Positions 41,712 to 62,255 of a stretch of DNA of 64,000 nt are shown one piece after another. Positions within the stretch are counted from its first letter, which is position 1; each line of letters begins with the position of its first letter. The stretch lies in NCBI GenBank assembly GCA_014905635.1, contig JABVCE010000007.1, positions 1-64,000 on the forward strand, in the 5' to 3' direction. This stretch comes from Scenedesmus sp. PABB004. Taxonomy: Eukaryota. Under the pieces are notes generated by a model. That model did not search any database and was not told where the DNA came from. It saw only the letters and a program-made list of their open reading frames with translations. Position numbers and translations under genes: made by a program.

Positions 41712-43114
41712 TCAGGGTGAGGCCTTGCACGTGCCAGCCTGCACAAACCAGCTCGCGTGCGTGCCGTTGGATTTGCAGATGCTCACCGCGGCCGGGAAGG
41801 GGATGGTGCCGTTGTTGCAGCGCGCCGTGCACGACGCGCCGAGCGGCACGCGCTTGTCCGGCGTGCGGCAGCGCAGCGGCCAGCGCCCGTTGACCGGCGG
41901 CGTCGTCAGCGGGTCGCAGCTCGCCTGCACGCACGCGCCCTGGGCCGGCAGGCGCCACGAGCCGTTGTCACAGAGCGTCGTCGGCGTGCCCGTGTAGCCC
42001 GCCTTGCAGCGCGTCGCGCAGAGGCCCTGGTCCTGGATGAAAAGACAGAGCTCCGGCCAGGGCCGCGCGTTGGGGGGCAGCGTCTCGGGCGGCGGCAGCG
42101 AGTCGCAGCTCTTGGCGGGCGCGTCGGCCCAGCGCACGCAGAGCTGCTCGGCCGGGTAGGCGATGCCGGCAGTCGCAGCTTGGCTCACGGAGGTCTGGCA
42201 GAAGAAGCGCAGGTCGCGGCAGCCCGTGCACCAGGTCTGGTCGAGCGAGCGGGTGGAGTTGATGCGCTTGGCCAGCCTGTTGGGCAGCCCGCCGCAGAGC
42301 GGGCCCGCGTTGATGCTCGAGCCGCAGCCGGCCGAGGTGGAGGGCGCGTAGTAGCCGACCGCGTTGACCAGGCCCGCCGGCGCGCCGGCGGCGCCGCGGC
42401 AGATGGTGAGGGGCTTGATAAGCTTGAAGCCCACGGGGCACAGGTCGCCGCCGGGCAGCCACTTGGCGCTGTTGGTCACCGGCGTCGTGCCGCAGAGGCA
42501 GGAGTAGTCGCTCTCGTCCCTGAGCTGCGACGACGCGGTGCTGGGGTTGAAGAAGAGGCACCGCGAAAAGCTGCCACCAGAGTTGACCTGCTGCTGGCCC
42601 GGCATCAGGTAAGAGGCCGGCACCTGCTGCGAGCCCGGGAGCGAGGGCGCCCCGATGCTGACGCCGCAGATGGGGGCCGAGTCGCCGCTGTTGCCCGACG
42701 TGACCGGCACGTAGCCCGCGCCGTATGCGGCGCAGACGTCCTTGCAGTGCGGATCGTCCAGGCCGGGCGTAATGTGCGCCGAAACCCACTTCACGCCCTC
42801 CGCGCGCGCACGCGGTGCGGCGGCGGCGAGGAGCGCGGCCAGCAGGAGCAGGCCGGTTGCGGCGGGGCGACCTGCGACGGCGGGCGGGGCGGCGCGTGAG
42901 TCCAGCGCGCCTGATCCCGGGCGGCGCTACGGTGAGCGCATGCCCCCGGGGGCGCCACCCAGCACGCCCGGCGTGGCCGCGCCGGCGCGAGGTCCGGGCG
43001 TGTGGCGCATCTCGCTGCTGCTGCCCTCGCGCGCCGGCCACCCCACGCGCTGGCGAGGGCGCGAGAGATCGGCAGCACGCGGCTGAGCACGCAGCGCGCG
43101 GCGACCTCACCCAT
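41712..43114 (-). CDS. Secreted Cys-rich protein with two C-terminal Sushi/CCP-like modules
   Basis: ATG G|GTGAG micro-exon at 43114 splices to signal peptide GRPAATGLLLLAALLAAAAPRARA; one 1.16 kb exon follows, ending in two C..P.N..W..C....C...C..G....C..G.W....C repeats. Confidence 0.75.
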
Positions 43115-43654
43115 GGCAGCGAGGCGGCGCAGGGGCGAAGTTGCTCTCGCGTAGGCAGCTGGCAGCGACCGACAAACGCGCCGACGTTGAGAGTGTAGTG
43201 CGGGTGAGTACAGCAGGGCGGGGGCGGGGCTGCTTTATGCCATTCACTGAGTTTCCTCGCTGCCCTGCGGGTGACGTTCCAGTTTGGGCGCCGGCGGCCA
43301 CCGCCGCCCCAGCGCCGCGCTCGCGGCGCGTGAGTCTCCGCCTCGCATCGCGCGCCTCCTGGCGTGGTCCGAGCTGCCTGCGCCGCGCGCGCCGCGCGCC
43401 GGGCTGGCGGCCGCTGCCCGCTCGCTCGCGCGCGGCGGAGGCACGCCCCCGAGGCCACCGGCAGCCGCGTTACCCTCAACCAGGGACGCCCCGTCGCTCG
43501 CCGGCGCGGCCAGCCGGCCCGCGGGCGGGCGCGCCCCGTCCCTCACGCACCGCAGCGCGCCGTCGCCGCCGCCACAGAGCCAGCCCTGCGGCAGGCTCTG
43601 CCCCCTGCCCCCCACCACAACCACGCAGCCGTGTGGCGCGCACCGCCGCCACCG

Positions 43655-44014
43655 CTACTTCTCCTTCTTCTTGGGCTTCTCCCGCCGCTTGAGCGCGTCC
43701 ATGTGGGCGCGCAGGATGAGCGCGTAGCTGGCCTGAAACTTGGCCAGCTCCGCACCGCCCAGCGCGGTGCTGATCTTGCGCTTGCCGTCCGTCGCGCGGA
43801 TGAGGCACTTCAGGCCGTCGCCGCCGCCCGCCGCCGCCGCCTGCTGCTGCTGCTTGCCGCCCTTGCCGCCCTTGGCGCCGGGCGCCTTGCGGTCCGCGCG
43901 CGGCGTCGGGCGCAGGCTGCTGCGCTTCATCGTGATCCACACGCTGCCGGCCTTCTTGTTGCGCTCAAAGAGCTTGTGCAGCTCGTTGAGGAAGGCGTCC
44001 GCCTCGCAGAACAT
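43655..44014 (-). CDS. SRP14: Signal recognition particle 14 kDa protein (intronless)
   Basis: FLNELHKLFE...GSVWITMKR...CLIRATDGKRKIST...FQASYALILRAHMDALKRREK. Confidence 0.97.
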   Translation of the reverse strand: MFCEADAFLNELHKLFERNKKAGSVWITMKRSSLRPTPRADRKAPGAKGGKGGKQQQQAAAAGGGDGLKCLIRATDGKRKISTALGGAELAKFQASYALILRAHMDALKRREKPKKKEK

Positions 44015-44585
44015 CGCGGCGCGCGCGCCCGGCCGCCGCCGCCGCCGCCGCCGCGCGCCCGCGCCCGCCGCCGCTGCCGCTGCTCCGCGCCAACCGCTCG
44101 CGCCGCGGCGCCGCCGCCGCTGCCCGCTGCCGCGCTGGGCGCCGGCCGGGGGCCGCGGAGAGCGCGGATCGGGGGCGGGGCGGCCGGGACACGGGCGCTG
44201 GGGGCCGGGGCGAGAGGCTGCTGCTGCTCTCCGGCCAGCGGCGCGGGGTGGGCCCTGTGAGAGCGCGGGAGGGGCTGGGCGATCGAGGAATGCCGCGGGG
44301 CGGCGCGCCCGGGGCTGTGCGTGTCGAAGCGGGCGTGAAGTTGAAGGAGCGCGTGCCCTGGACGCGCGGGGTTCGCGGCCCGCCCCAGAGCAGCCTTTCC
44401 GGTCGCACGGAGCAGCAGCGCACCGGCCCACGCGCGCTGCGGGCCTGCGGCGCCGGGGCGGCGCGGTCTGACCAGGTGCAGCGGCGGGAGCGCGCGCAGC
44501 AGCCGGCACCGAGGCCCAGGCATCCGCCAGCACCATCCCGCAGACACTTCCCAAGTCACACGCCACCGCTGCACCCGGGGCCGCG

Positions 44586-51424
<6,839 letters not shown>

Positions 51425-51563
51425 GGGCCACGGCGCTGTCGGCGGGCAGGGGACCAAGGCAGGAGGTGACAAGAGGAAAGCAAAGAGAAAAGGTGGTCCC
51501 TCTCACCCGCTGTCACACGCCCCACGCTCGTCCGTCCGGCGTCGCCGCGCGCCCGCGCAGCAG

Positions 51564-54098
51564 TCAGCGCCGGCCGCGGCTGTCAGCCTGCCCGCCGGGC
51601 TGCGCCGCCCCGCCGGCGCCGCCGCCCGAGCCGGCGCCCGAGCCGGCGCCGCCGCCCGAGCCGGCGCCGCCGCCCGACCCGGAGGCGCGCCTCGCGCGCG
51701 GTGCGGCGCCCCCGCTCGGCGCGGCGCCGGCGCCGCCCGTGCTGCCGCGCGCCGGGCGCGCGTGGCCCGCCTCCGGGAAGCACTCGCGCAGCGTCTCGGC
51801 CGGCGGAGGCGTGCCGGCCGCCGACGGCGGCGGCGCGCTGCCGCCGCGCCCTGCGGCACCGCCCCCGCCGTCGCGCGAGCCGCGCCTGCTGCGCGCCCCG
51901 GAGCGCTCCGCCGTGGCGTTGAGCATGCGCAGCTCCGTGGCGGTGGAGCGCGAGCGCCGCCGCTCGCGGCCGTCGCCCTCGTGCGCCGCCGCCGCCGCCG
52001 CCGCCCCGTCCGCGGCGGGCTCACTGCCGCCGCGGCTGGCGCCCGCATCGCCCGCCTCGGAGCGCGTGCGCTTGCGGCTGCCGCCCGCCGCGCCCGCAGC
52101 CGGCGCCTGGCCCGCCTGCGGCGGCGGGCCAGAGTCTCCGTGCTCGTCTGCTGCGCCTCCTGCGGCCGCCGCCGCCGCGCCGCGCGGCCCGCTGCCGCTG
52201 GGGCTGGGCCCGCCGCGCCGCGCGGCGACGCCCGGCCCCGCCGTGCGGCGGCGCTTGGCGCCCGCCGCCACAGCCACGCCCGGCTCCTCCTCTGGCCCGG
52301 GGGGCTCGCCGTCGCTGGCTGCCGCGGGCGTGGCGCCGCCGGGTCTGCTGGGCTGCTGCGGCAGCGGCGACGGCCGCTGCTCCTGCGCCTGCTGCAGCGC
52401 CGGCGCCGCCTGCACCTGCGCCAGCTGCTGCGCCTGCTGCTGCGCCGGTGCCTGCTGCGCCTGCGCCTGCTGCTGCTCCGGCGGCTGCGCCGTCGCTGGC
52501 GGCGCTGACAGGGGCAGCGGCTGCGACGGCTGCAGTGGCTGCAGCAGCGGCGACCCCTGTCCCCCAGCGGCCGCCGCCTCGCCGGCCGCGCCGGTTGCGC
52601 CGCCCGACCCGGACGACGGCCGCTTGCGCTTGCCGTGGCCGCCGGGCTGCTTGGGCGGCTTGCCGGCCTTGCCGTGCCCCGGCGTCGCAGCGGCCTCGGC
52701 CGCCCTGACCACCGCGTTGGCCGCGTCCAGCGCCGCGACCGCCGCCGCCGCGCTCGCGTCCTGGCCCGCCGCCGCCGCGGCCGCGGCCGCGCTGTGCGCC
52801 GCGGTGATGGCCGCGGCGTACGCCGCCGACGCGCCGCGCTTGTGGCTGCGCCGGATCGCCTCGAGCTCAGCCATGGTCGCGCTGGGGATGGGCGGCGCGC
52901 CGCCCGCGGGCAGCCACGCCACCGCGCCGGGCGAGCCCAGCGCCGCGCCTGCGCCGTTGGCCGCCGCGACGGCGCCCGGCACCTGCGCCGGGCCCCAGCC
53001 GGGGGACCCGCCGCCCGGCTGCACGTGCGCCCCGGCGGCGATGCCGGCGGCCGCACCCGCCGCCGCCGCCGCTGCGCCGGCGGCGCTCGCGGCGGCCGCG
53101 GCGGCCGCCGCCGCGTCCGCGGCGGCGCTCGCCGCCGCCGCCTCTGCCGCGGCCGCGGCCGCCGCCTCCGCCTCTGCCGCGGCCGCCGCCGCGCGCTCCT
53201 CCTCCTCCAGCGCCGCCAGGCCGGCCTCCGGCTCGGCGCAGCGCGCGGCGTGCACCTCGGCCGTCACCTTGGCCAGCTGCGGGGCGGCGGCGGCGCGGGT
53301 GTGTTTGGGCGTGTGGGTGGTGGGGTGTCGCCGCGCGCCCGCGCTGCCGCTGCGGGCCTGCCCCGCTGGGCCCCCCCCCCTCACACGCACCTGCAGCTTG
53401 ACCTTCTCCCGCCGCCGCATCTGGTCGGTCAGCAGGCGCAGCGTCTCCAGCTCGTACCGCACGCGCTGCAGCGCCGCCAGCGCGAGCTCCTTGGCGCTCA
53501 GCGCCTCCAGCACGGCAGGGTCGGGCGGCGGGGCGCGCGCCTCGCCGCCGCCGCCGCCGCCGAAGCCGCCGCCGCCCTTCTTCTTGGGCTTGGCTGGACC
53601 GGGCAGCAGCTGCAAGGAGGACGGGGTGGCAGGGGCAGGGGCAGGGGCGGGCGCCGCGTCGGCGGGCGCGGGCGGCGGGGCGGGGCGCGGCGCGCCCCTC
53701 CGCGCCCGCAGCCGCCGCCGCCCGCCGATCCCCTCCCCCGCGGGCGCGGCGCGCCGCCGGCGCTCACCCCCGCCGCCGCCGCGGCCGCGCGCTCGGCGGC
53801 CTCGCGGTCGCGCGCGCGCTGCGCCGGCGCGTGCGCCGCGCAAAACCCGCGGTACGTGGGGGCCGCCTTGCCGCCGCCGCCGCGGACCGACAGGTGGCAG
53901 CGCCGCGCGCGGCCGCAGAGCGGGTGGAACGCCGCGCCGCAGTGCGCCGCGCCGCAGGGCAGCGTCGCGCCCTCGGGCCGGCCGCAGAGGCCGCACAGCC
54001 CCGCGCCCGCCGCGCCGGGCGGTCCGAGGCGGTGCGCGATGCGGTCGAGGCCGGTCACCGCCTCGGCCTCGTTCACTGCGGGGGGGGGGGGGGGGGGC

Positions 54099-54133
<35 letters not shown>

Positions 54134-54721
54134 GGGGGGGCAGGGGGCAGGGGGGCAGGGGGGCAGGGGGGCAGGAAAGGGGCGGGGCGGCAGCGGCTGC
54201 GGCGGGCGGTCGCGCGGGGGCGCGCACCGTGCGCGACCTTGGTCTCCGGGTGCCACAGCGCGCACACGACGTGCACCCAGCGCCGGCTGCCGTCGGCGGC
54301 CTGCTTGAACGCGCCGCACGTCACCGGGCACAGCGCGCACGCCACGCCGCGGCTGCCGCCCGGCAGCGGCTCCTGCCCGCCGCCCATCTGCCACCTGCGG
54401 GCGGCAGGGGCCGCGGGGGCGCGCGCAGGCCGCGGGCGTCGTACGGCGTCGCGCGTGTGCAGGGGGCGGGCCGCGGGCCGGGCGCGCGCGCTCGGCGGCG
54501 CGCACCGCGGCGGCCGGATGTCTGCCTGCGGCACGCCCGCGCGGCGCTGGTCGGCCTCGTGCGCCGCGCAGGGCCAGCAGAGCCACTCGCCGTCTGGGAT
54601 GACGTCGATGGCGTAGCACTCCTGGGGGGGGGGGGGGGGGGGGTGGGGGGGGGGGGGGGGGGGTGGGGGGGGAGAGGGGGGGGAGGGGAGAGGTGAGCGG
54701 TGTGTGTGTGTGTGTGTGCGT

Positions 54722-54752
<31 letters not shown>

Positions 54753-57189
54753 GGGGGGGGGCGGCAGCGGCGAGCCTGCCCCCACCCCACACCGTCACCA
54801 CACACACACACACCACTCGCACCTGGTGCACCGCGAGGTCGCAGCGCTCGCAGAACAGGATCTGGTTGGGCGCCTCGCTGTGGCCCTCGCCGCACACCGT
54901 GCACAGCGCGTCCTCGTTCGCGTCCCTGGCGCGCCGCGCGGCGCCGGCACGCGTGAGGGGCGGCGCGCGGCGCGGCAGCTGGCGCGGCAGCGTGCGCGAC
55001 GCCCAGCGCGCGCCCGCGCGTCTCCTCACCGCAGCGCGAGAACGTCGACGAGCGGCGCGCCGTCGGCGCCCAGCAGTCCCTCCTCCACCTCGGGGCGCAG
55101 CCCCGGCGACGGCGCGCGGCCGCCCAGGTCCAGCTCGCGCTCGGGGGAGTCAAACTCGTCCGAGCCGAGCCACTCGCCGCGCAGGCTGGACCGGAAGCCC
55201 TCGGCGGCGGCGCGGCGCGCCTTGTTGCGCGGGCTCAGCGGCGCCGCGGCAGCCGCCTCCTCCGCGGCGGCGCGGCGCTCCGCCTCGCGGCGCTCGCGCT
55301 TCGCGGCTTTACGCGCCTCGCGTGCCGCCTGGGGCGCGGGCGGGGCGGGGCGGGACAGGGCGGGGTCGGCGGGTCGGCCCGGCGCCGCGCAGCCAGGCGC
55401 CGCTGCCGCGCTGCCTGTGGCACGCCGCGCGGGCGGGCGGCGCTGGCGCTGCTCGCTGCTGCTGCCGCTGCTCGCTGCTGCTGTGCCTCACGTTGACGTA
55501 TGCCACGATGTCACCCTCCCAGCGCGCGCGCTCGGCGGCGGCGGCGGCCTGGCGGGGCAGGTCGTCCAGCGCGGCCGCGAGCACGTGGCCCAGGCGCGCG
55601 CGGTTGATGGCCGACTGCTGCAGCAGCTCGCCCTGCGGCGGCGCGTGAGGGGGGGGGGGTGCAGGTGAGTGTGCGTGTGCGTGCGTGTGTGTGTGTGTGG
55701 GTGGGGGGGGGGGGGGGGGCAACGACGGCTCTCGCGCGCGGGGCGACAAGCGACACAGGGGCCAGCGCCTCAGGGACGACACAGGGGCCGACACGGGGGG
55801 CCCGCCCCGCCCCGCCCCGCCCCGCACCTGCAGCGCGAGCAGCTCCGCCAGCACCTCATCGTCCGGCGCCAGCGCCAGCACGTCAGCCGCGCCGTCCAGC
55901 AGCGCCCACTGCGCCTCGCGGTCACCCTCGGGCGGCGCTGCGGCGGCGGCGCGGCGGCTGCAGCGTGAGCGCGGGTGCGCGCCCCGGCGAGCGGCCCCTC
56001 AGCGCCATGCCCACCGCCCCCGCGCCCCCGGCGGCCCCACCTGCAGCGACGATCGCGGCCGTCGCCAGCGCTGCCGGGCCCGGGGCGGCCTGGGCCCCGA
56101 CTTGCTGCTGCACTCGCCGCCGCCACCACCTCCACTCGCGCCGCCGGCGCCAGCGCCGGCGAGGCCGTCGGGTGCGGCGCCGCCGCCGCCGCCGCCGCTC
56201 GCAGCAGCGCCGGCCGCCTTGCCACCGCGGCCCCCGCCGCCGCCGCCGCCCTTGCGGCCGCCGCGGCCGCGGCCGCGCCCGCGGCCCCGCCCGCCTCGGC
56301 CGCGCGCCGCGCCCGAGGGCGGCAGGCCGCCGCAGGCCGGCGCCGCCTGCTGCGGCGCGGCCGCAGCCGCCGCGGGCGTGCCGAGCTCGCCGCCCGCCTC
56401 GTCCTCGCCGGCGGCGCCGCTGTCCGCTGCGGCCGCGCTGCTCGCGCCCGCCCCAGCGTTGCTTGCGCCGCCCGGCTGCCCCGCCGGCGTCGCTGGCACG
56501 TCGCCGCCCGCCGCTGGCGCGCCTGGCGTCGTGCCCGCCGCGCCTGCTGCCGCGGCTCCCGCCGCCGCGTCGTCGCCCTCCTCCTCCACCAGGGGCTCCT
56601 GAGAGCGCGGCGCGGCGCCGGCGCGTCAGGGACCGGCGGCCGCCCACCCGCCTGCGCGCACGCCGCCCGGGCGCTGCCCGGCCGGCCCGTGCTGAGCCCT
56701 CGCGCGGCGCGCGGGCCTGCCGCGCACCTCGAGCTCCCAGCCCGGCTCCGCGACGTGGGCCGGCGCGGGGCGCGCCAGCAGCGCCGCGACGTACGGGTGC
56801 ACCTCCAGCCGCGCCTCGGCGCGCCGCCGCGCGCGCTCCGCGGCGCGCCTGCGCGGCACGGGCGGGGGGCCGGGAGCGTGAGGGAGGGGGCGGAGGGGGA
56901 AAGGCGTCGGCGGGGCGCGCCGGCGGCTGCGGCGCGTGGCCGCCGCGCCCGGCGCCGCGCGCACCTCTCGGCGCGCTTGGCGGCGTCCGCCTCCAGCAGC
57001 GCCGCAGCCGCATCCTGCGCCGCGTCCGGGGCCGGCGACTGCGCGGCCGCCGGGTTTGCCTGCGTCCGCGGCTGCAGCTGCAGCCGCGGCAGGGGAGGGA
57101 CGGCGGCCGGGTCGGTGCCAGGGGCTGCTGCCGCCGGCGCTGCTGCGGGGTCGGCGCCGTCCACGTCCATGGGCGCGGGGGCAGCCGGG

Positions 57190-57231
<42 letters not shown>

Positions 57232-58275
57232 GCCGCGGTGGCAACGGCCTCGTCGCCGCCCGCCGCCGGCAGCGCCGCCGGCGGGTCCGCGGCCCCCCCG
57301 CTGGGCGCCGCGGCGTCCGCGGCGCGCGCCGGCGCCGCGGGGCCGTCCTCCGCCTGCATCGCCTGGGCGCCGCCGCTGCCGTCGGCGCACGCCGCAGGGG
57401 CCGGAGCCTCCGGCGCCGCCCAGGGCGCGGCCAGCGGCCCACGCATGCCCTCGCCGACGCCCGGCGCCGCGCACTGCACGTGCAGCCAGGCCACGAGCGC
57501 GCGCCGCTGCGCGTCGCTCAGCTGCGGCCCGCCCGCGCCCGCGCTGACGGCCGCCCAGCTGGGCCCGCCGGCGTCGCGGCCGCGCTGCGCCTTGCCGCCC
57601 GCGCCGCCGGGCGACGCGAGCGGGGCTGCGGCGCGGCGGCGGCCTCCAGCAGCGCCTCCAGGCGGCGCGGCTCCATGCGCATCGCGGCCGCCAGCTCGCC
57701 CGCGCCCGCGCCCGAGAGGCTGAGGCTGACGCCCGCCATCAGCAGCAGGTCCGCCGCGGGCAGCGCCTCCAGCAGCGCGTCGGGGCCGCCCCCCGCGCCG
57801 CCGCCATCGTTGCCCCAGCCGCCCGGCGGCCCCCCTAGCGCGTCGCAGTCGAAGCCGTCGCCGCGCCGCGTCTTGGCCGACAGCCGGCTGCTGCGCTTGC
57901 GCTGCGCGCGCGCGCGGGCGAGGGGCGGGGCATCGTCGGCGCGTGCGGGGGCCGGACGCGGCGGCGCGCCGGCCGCGCAGCAGCAGCGCGGCCGCCCCCA
58001 GCGGCGCGGCGCGACGCACGTCCTGCCCGTCTTCGTCCAGGTCTGCCGCCGCCGCCGCCTGCGACGCCGCTGCGAGCGGCGTGCGCAGCAGCCCCAGCCC
58101 GCCCAGGCGCGCGGCGCCGCGCGGCAGGTGCAGCGGCGGCTGCGCGTGGCTCGACGCCGGCTCCGCGCGGCGGCCGAGCTGCGGCACGAGCAGCGCGTCG
58201 TCGTCGTCCGGGTCGACCACGAGCGCCAGCAGGTTGGCCACGTCGCCGCGCGTCACGTCGCGAAAGTACTCCTGA

Positions 58276-58326
<51 letters not shown>

Positions 58327-58748
58327 GCGCCGTGGGCGCCCGCCCCCGCGCAGGCACGCGCCCGCCGGCGCGCCGCAGCAGCGAGCGGCACGGCGGCGCA
58401 CGCTCCGACCACCCGCCCGCCGCGCAGCGCCGTGCCGCGCCGCACCTCGACGAGCGTCCAGTAGGCGGAGCTCGCGTTGGCGCCGCCCACGCGCGCGCCC
58501 GGGAACGCGGGGTCGCCGCCCGGCAGCGTCGCGTGCTTGGCCTTGTGCCGCGGCTCCTTGTGCTGCGCCGCCGCGGCGGCCTGGCGCTCCTGGATGAGCG
58601 CGAGCGCGTCCGCGAGCGTCGCCGGCGCGGGCGGCTCCGCCGCGGCGGGCAGCGACGGCAGCGCCGCGCGGGCGCGCTCAAACACGGCCCGGCCCGCGTT
58701 GAGGGCCTCCGCCAGGCTGGCCGGCGCGCTGGGGCGCGGCTCCGCCAT
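51564..58748 (-). CDS. PHD-finger chromatin protein with PZP (PHD-Zn knuckle-ePHD) module, BRPF/JADE-like
   Basis: CTVCGEG...NQILFCERCDLAVHQ|ECY...IPDGEWLCWPC, CALCP...GAFK...WVHVVCALWHPE, CGLC...C..AFHPLC...FCAAH, LQRVRYELETLRLL...RREKVK; N-terminal YWTLVE|EYFRDVT motif. Confidence 0.88.
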
Positions 58749-59206
58749 GGCGGGCGCAGCAGCAGCAGCTCGCTGCCCCGCGCGCGCCTCAGGCCGCGCC
58801 TCAGGCCGCCTGCGGGCCAGGGGCCTTGCCAGGACGGAGGGCGTGGCTGAACATGTGATCCCCGCCCGCACAGGCGCGTCTGGTGCACGCAGCACGCCGG
58901 GGGGCGGCCGGAATCGCGCGAGCGACTGCCCACCGCCCCGCGCTCACAATGCGCTCGCTGGCGGCGCGCACGGCGGCCCGACGATCTCGCCGTGCAAGAA
59001 TAAGGCCGTGTGCGCGCGCCCGCGCGCCCTGGTGGCGCACGCGCTTGAACCGAACGCCGCGGCTTTGCGGAGCCCGACGCGCGAGCCCGGCGCCTGATCG
59101 CTGCCGCGGCGTGCTCGATCGACACGGCAGGATCGGCCTCGATCGCTGACGCAGGCACAGGCGCCCCCGCGACGCGCCAACCGCCGGCAGGCGGCCCCTG
59201 CACACC

Positions 59207-61209
59207 ATGCCGCGCCGCCGCTGCCTGCTGGCCCTGGCCTGCCTGGCCGCCGCCGCCTGCCTGGCGGCGGCCGCTCCGGCGAGCGGCAAGCGCGTGCTGG
59301 CGCTGGTGAGCGGCGGCGACGGCAACGCGTACAGCCAGTTCTTCGCCGGGCTCGAGGCGGCGGGCTACGCCGTCGACGTGCGCGGCGTGAAGGACAAGGA
59401 CCTCAAGCTCAAGGACTTCGACGCCTACCTCTACGACTCCCTCATCATCCTCGCGCCCAAGGCCAAGCGTGAGGCGCCCGGCGCGCGCGGGCGGGGCGCC
59501 GCTGCCGCGGTGATCACGCCCGCCAACCGCCGCGCGCGCGGCCGCCGCCGCAGAGTTTGGCGGCGACCTCAGCACGCAGGCGATCCTGGATTTTGTGGAC
59601 AGCGGACGCAACCTCGTGCTCGCGGCCAGCAGCGACGCGTCGGACGCACTCCGCGGCCTCGCGGCCGAGGTGGGCGTGGAGCTGGACGACCGCGGCACGG
59701 CGCTGTTCGACCACTTTGCGCACCAGGCCGCCGGCGGCGCGGCCGACCCCACCCTCGTCGCCAGCAGCGCGGTCGTGGAGTGCGACGCCATCTTCGCCGG
59801 CGCGCCGCCCCAGGCGCGCCGCGGCGCGGGGCGGGGGCGGTCGCGCGGGGCGCTGCCGGCGCGCGCGCCGACGCTGCCGCCGCCGCCCGCAGGCGCCCGT
59901 CCTGTTCAAGGGCGTCGCCGCGATCGTGCCGTCCAGCAGCGAGCTGGTGCGGCGCGGCGCACCGCGCGGCGCGGCCCCGCACGGCGCGACACGGCGCCGC
60001 CGCTCCCCCGCGCCGCGCCGCGCGCCGTCAACCCGCCCCGCTTGTCGCGGCGCCGCGGGCCCAGGTGACGGTTGCGCTGAGCGGCGAGGGCAGCAGCTAC
60101 AGCCACGACCCCAAGAAGGCCATGCCCGACCCGCCCGCGCTGCCCGTGGGCGGCTCCGCGGCGCTGGTGAGCCTGGTGCAGGCGCGCAACAACGCGCGCG
60201 TGCTGGTGTCGGGCTCGGCCTACCTCTTCACAAACGAGGCCTTTGACGCGCCCGTCACGCTCGCCGCGACCGGCAAGAGGTGCGCGCCGCGGCGGCGCCG
60301 CACAGCCGCGCCCCCGCTGGACCCTGCCCCCGCCCACGCCGCGCCGCGCCGGCGCCCGCGCGGCGCGCCCACAGCTACGCGCAGTCTGGCAACAAGGCCT
60401 TTGCGACGGGCGCCGCGCTCTGGACGCTCGGCGACCGCGGCGTGCTGACCGTGGGGGAGCTGGCCCACGCCCTCGTGTCGGCGCCCGGCGAGACGCCGTC
60501 GCTGTACCGCGTGAACGACGAGGTCGAGGTCAGCATCACCCTGCACGTCACAAACGCAGGCGTCACAAAGCCCTACGAGTGAGCCGCCGCCGCCGCGCGA
60601 CGCCCGCGCCGCCACGCGGCGCCCGCGCGCGCGCGCGCCCCCCGCCGGCTGGCTCACCACGCCCCCCTCCCCTGCCCACACACACGCACACTCGCGGCCG
60701 GCCGCCCCCGGCGCCGCAGGGCGGAGGACGTGCAGGTGTCGTTTGTGATGCTCGACCCGCACGTGCGCGCGCGCATGGCCCACGACGGGGCGGGGCGGTA
60801 CAGCCTGCGGTTCAGGGTCCCCGACGTGTACGGCGTGTTCAAGTACGTCATCGACTACCGCGCCCGCGGCCTCAGCGCCGTGGCGCTCAGCCACGTCGTG
60901 CCCGTGCGGCCCTACAAGGCGCGGACGCGGGCGCGGCGGACGCGCGCGCGGGCGGCGGCGCGCGCGGGCGGCGGCGCGCGCGCGCGGCGGCGGAGCACAC
61001 GCGGCGGGGCGCGCGGCGTGCCCCGCCCCGAGCCCCGACCCGAGCCCGCCCCGAGCCCGCCCCACCCCGCCCCGCTCCGCCCCGCTCCGTGCGCGCAGCA
61101 CGACGAGTACGAGCGCTTCCTGCTGCCCGCGTACCCCTACTACGCGAGCGTGGCGAGCACGATGGCCGCGTTCTTCCTCTTCGGCTTTGCCTTCCTCTAC
61201 AGCAGGTGA
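59207..61209 (+). CDS. DDOST: Oligosaccharyltransferase 48 kDa subunit (OST48/WBP1)
   Basis: Signal peptide, YLYDSLIILAP, ILDFVDSGRNLVLA, QARNNARV, SGNKAF, DVQVSFVMLDPHVR, PDVYGVFKY, HDEYERFLLPAYPYYAS. Confidence 0.97.
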
Positions 61210-61670
61210 CGCGCGACGCGCGACCTCCCGGACTGGTCTGGGGAGCGCGGGGACGCGGCCGAGGGCGGCAGGGGCGCCACCCAAGGGTAACCGCGGCGGC
61301 CGACGCCGGGCGGCGGCGCGGGGAGCGACGGCGGCAGCGGCGGCGGCGGCGGCCGGTGCCGCGCCGGCAACGCCGCGCGCCGCATGTCGGCCGATCGTCG
61401 CAGCGAGCGCCTGGAGCAGCCGGGATCTGCGCTGCCGGGCTGGTTGAGCGCGAGGGCTTTGCGAGATATCTCGCGGCTTTGCCCCGCGCCTGCCGCCGGC
61501 TCCGCGCCCCGCGAGCCCGCCGCCCCGTCCCGGCGACACTCTCGTCCCCCTCCGGCACCCCCCGGACGCGTGCGGGGCGTGCTGGAGGTCGGTCGTTTCT
61601 CGGTCGGCAGTAGAAGCCACCGCGCCGTGCACAGGCGCCCGTGCCTCGCGGACGCGTGCCCGTCCGCGCC

Positions 61671-62203
61671 ATGGGTGGCCCGGGCGTCGCGTCGAGCCTG
61701 GAGCTGCTGCCGCCGGACGTGGTGCTGGAGCTGCTGCAGTGCCTCCCAACTCGCGACGTGCTGTCAACTTGCATGGCCAGCCGCGAGCTGGCGGCGCTGC
61801 GGCCGCCGCTCCCGGCCGCCGCCATCCACCTGGGCGAGCCGCGCGCGCGCGCGTGGGCGGCGGCGCACGCGGATCGCGTGCGCGCGCTCACGCTGCGCGG
61901 CGGCGCGGCCAAGGACGACGACCTCGGGCGGGAGCTCGGCGCCCTGCTCGCGCGCGCCACGGGCGCGCACGCGCTCGCGCTGCAGCAGTGCGGCAGCCTG
62001 CGGGCGCTGCCGCCGAGCGTCGCGGCGCTCACCGGGCTGCGCAGCCTGAGCATGCACTACTGCCTCCGCCTGAGCGCCCTGCCGGACGGCATCTGCGACC
62101 TGGCTGGCCTCGAGACGCTCTCGCTCAGCAGCTGCAGGCGCGGCGCCGGCGCGGCAGCAGCGCGGCCCGCCTCCCGCCGGCGGCCGCGCCCTGACGCCGC
62201 CCC

Positions 62204-62255
<52 letters not shown>

